Source: Psammoneis japonica (Eukaryota). Taken from it: 22,918 bases of DNA. The position numbers and the translations under genes were made by a program. A model generated the notes under the pieces. It was given only the letters and a program-made list of their open reading frames with translations, was not told the origin of the DNA and did not search any database. Positions 21,610-22,918 of the stretch are shown here, in pieces; position 1 is the first letter of the stretch, and each line of letters opens with the position of its first letter. Location of the stretch: positions 186,001 through 208,918 of the forward strand of contig QPGO01000145.1 of assembly GCA_008632985.1 (NCBI GenBank). The letters are read 5' to 3'.

Positions 21610-22405
21610 TGACATCAATCTGGGGTGCATCAGAAGCCGGAAGCTGCCTTTGTGTCAATTGTGCACAACAGCTGGACTTCTTGAAAGTCAACAAAAACAC
21701 CTGGACTGGCTTGCATGCAACAATTTTGGCTGATGTTGTGTGTCTGGTTCATTTGGAAACATGTCTTCACAGTTGAGCATTGTCAATCTTGTGCTCATCC
21801 TTGTTGTTGGGGACTTGGGCATGCCAAAACCGCCAATGCATCATTTGTGTACAATGACTGGACTTGGAAATCAACAAAAACACCTGGGTTTGCTTTGCTG
21901 CAACAATGCTGGGTCATTGTTGTGTGCTCAATTTGTTTGGTCATGCATCCTTGGAGCTGAGCGTGATCAATCTTGCGCTCATCCTTGTTGCTGGGCATGC
22001 TGGGACCGCTTTTGTGTTGTTTGCACACAACATCTGGACTGGAAACTTGACAAACACTGTGCCTGGATTGGCTTTTGTGCAACTCTCACTGGTCATCATT
22101 GCACGTCTCATTTCATTTGCTTTGTGTGCCTTTGTGTGAGCGTGGTCAATCTGGTGCTCATCCTTGTTTTGGGGGTGCTGGGTGCTGGGGGGCCGCTTTT
22201 GCATCATTTGCACATGATGTCTGGACTGGGAACTCAACAAATGACACACCTGGATTGACTTTTGTGCAACTCTCACTGGCCATTGTTGCACGTTTTATTT
22301 TTTATTTTTTGTCTTAACGTGAGCATGACCAATCTGGTGCTCATCCTCCTCATTGCTCATTGTTGGGGGTGCTGGGACCGCTTTTGCGCCATTTGTGCAT
22401 GACAG
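21610..22405. repeat. Diverged tandem repeat, ~180 bp unit, about 4.5 copies
   Basis: Unit starts gagc.tg..caatct.g.gctcatcct at 21775, 21959, 22138 and 22321 (spacing 184, 179, 183), plus a more diverged copy from ~21610. Confidence 0.85.
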
Positions 22406-22918
22406 GCAAGGGGGCACTTCCATTGCCCAAATTTGTTCTTCTGCATGGGAGAGTGTCATCAATGTGCAACTTTGTCAATGTTGCTTGACTGCTTCTTTTG
22501 AACAGTGCACCAACTTCACTCTGCATTTTCACTCCAAAATCCGCCCCATGCCCCACCCTCTCCCACTCAAAAACACTTGGCTGATCGCATTGCAGTTGCA
22601 TTGGAAAGTCTTTAAAAATGTTTGACAGAAATTGAAGGCAAATGGCAAGAATTCAAACAATGGCTCCTTGCTGCTGTCTAAACAGCAGATGAGTCTCCGC
22701 TCAGAGACCGTCACAGGAGCCAAAAGACGTGCAAGTCGGCACAATCGGGCTGCTGTCATTGTTCTTGTGAGCCTTGTGGCTCGAAAGCAAACTGCATCGC
22801 GTGCGAACGCACGGAGCCAAAGCACACAAAACTGTGCGCGGCAAACTAAACAGCGCGCGACATTTCGCGCGCACCCAAATCCTGTTCAAATCCTGTCACT
22901 CCCCAGTTTGCTTGAGGA

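Larger units (their letters stand above)
20250..22918. other. TpA-depleted (and centrally CpG-depleted) degenerate block (right, truncated by window edge)
   Basis: About 10 TpA in ~2.67 kb. CpG is retained at both ends (20250-20500, 22695-22875) but scarce in the middle. Confidence 0.85.

Noticed and set aside
21610..22405. CRISPR-like array
   Set aside because: The whole ~180-bp unit is repeated with no unique spacers, there are no cas genes, and the context is eukaryotic.

Overview
Eukaryotic nuclear DNA, most likely from a diatom or related stramenopile (short GT-AG introns, a bipartite plastid-targeting peptide with A|F cleavage site). The window is a sharp mosaic. Gene islands of ordinary composition lie at ~1240-2840 and ~13165-20250 and hold five genes: a hypothetical protein, a disrupted BTB/POZ-like gene, a 3xKOW + RING-H2 gene split by an in-frame TAA, a plastid LPAAT (PlsC-type acyltransferase), and a mitochondrial-carrier-like gene. 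Three repeat-rich blocks (1-1240, ~2840-13165, ~20250-22918) have lost almost all TpA and most CpG in favour of TpG/CpA. Paralogous copies inside the window differ directly by TA/CA, TA/TG, CG/TG, CG/CA and TG/CA at aligned sites. Surviving TpA sites are strongly biased to YTAR, and TpA loss extends beyond CpG loss at block edges. This points to a domain-restricted, RIP-like hypermutation process with a TpA-directed A->G (T->C) component that 5mC deamination cannot explain. It is the main finding. Nearly all short ORFs in those blocks are by-products of losing TAA/TAG. All counts are by eye and approximate.
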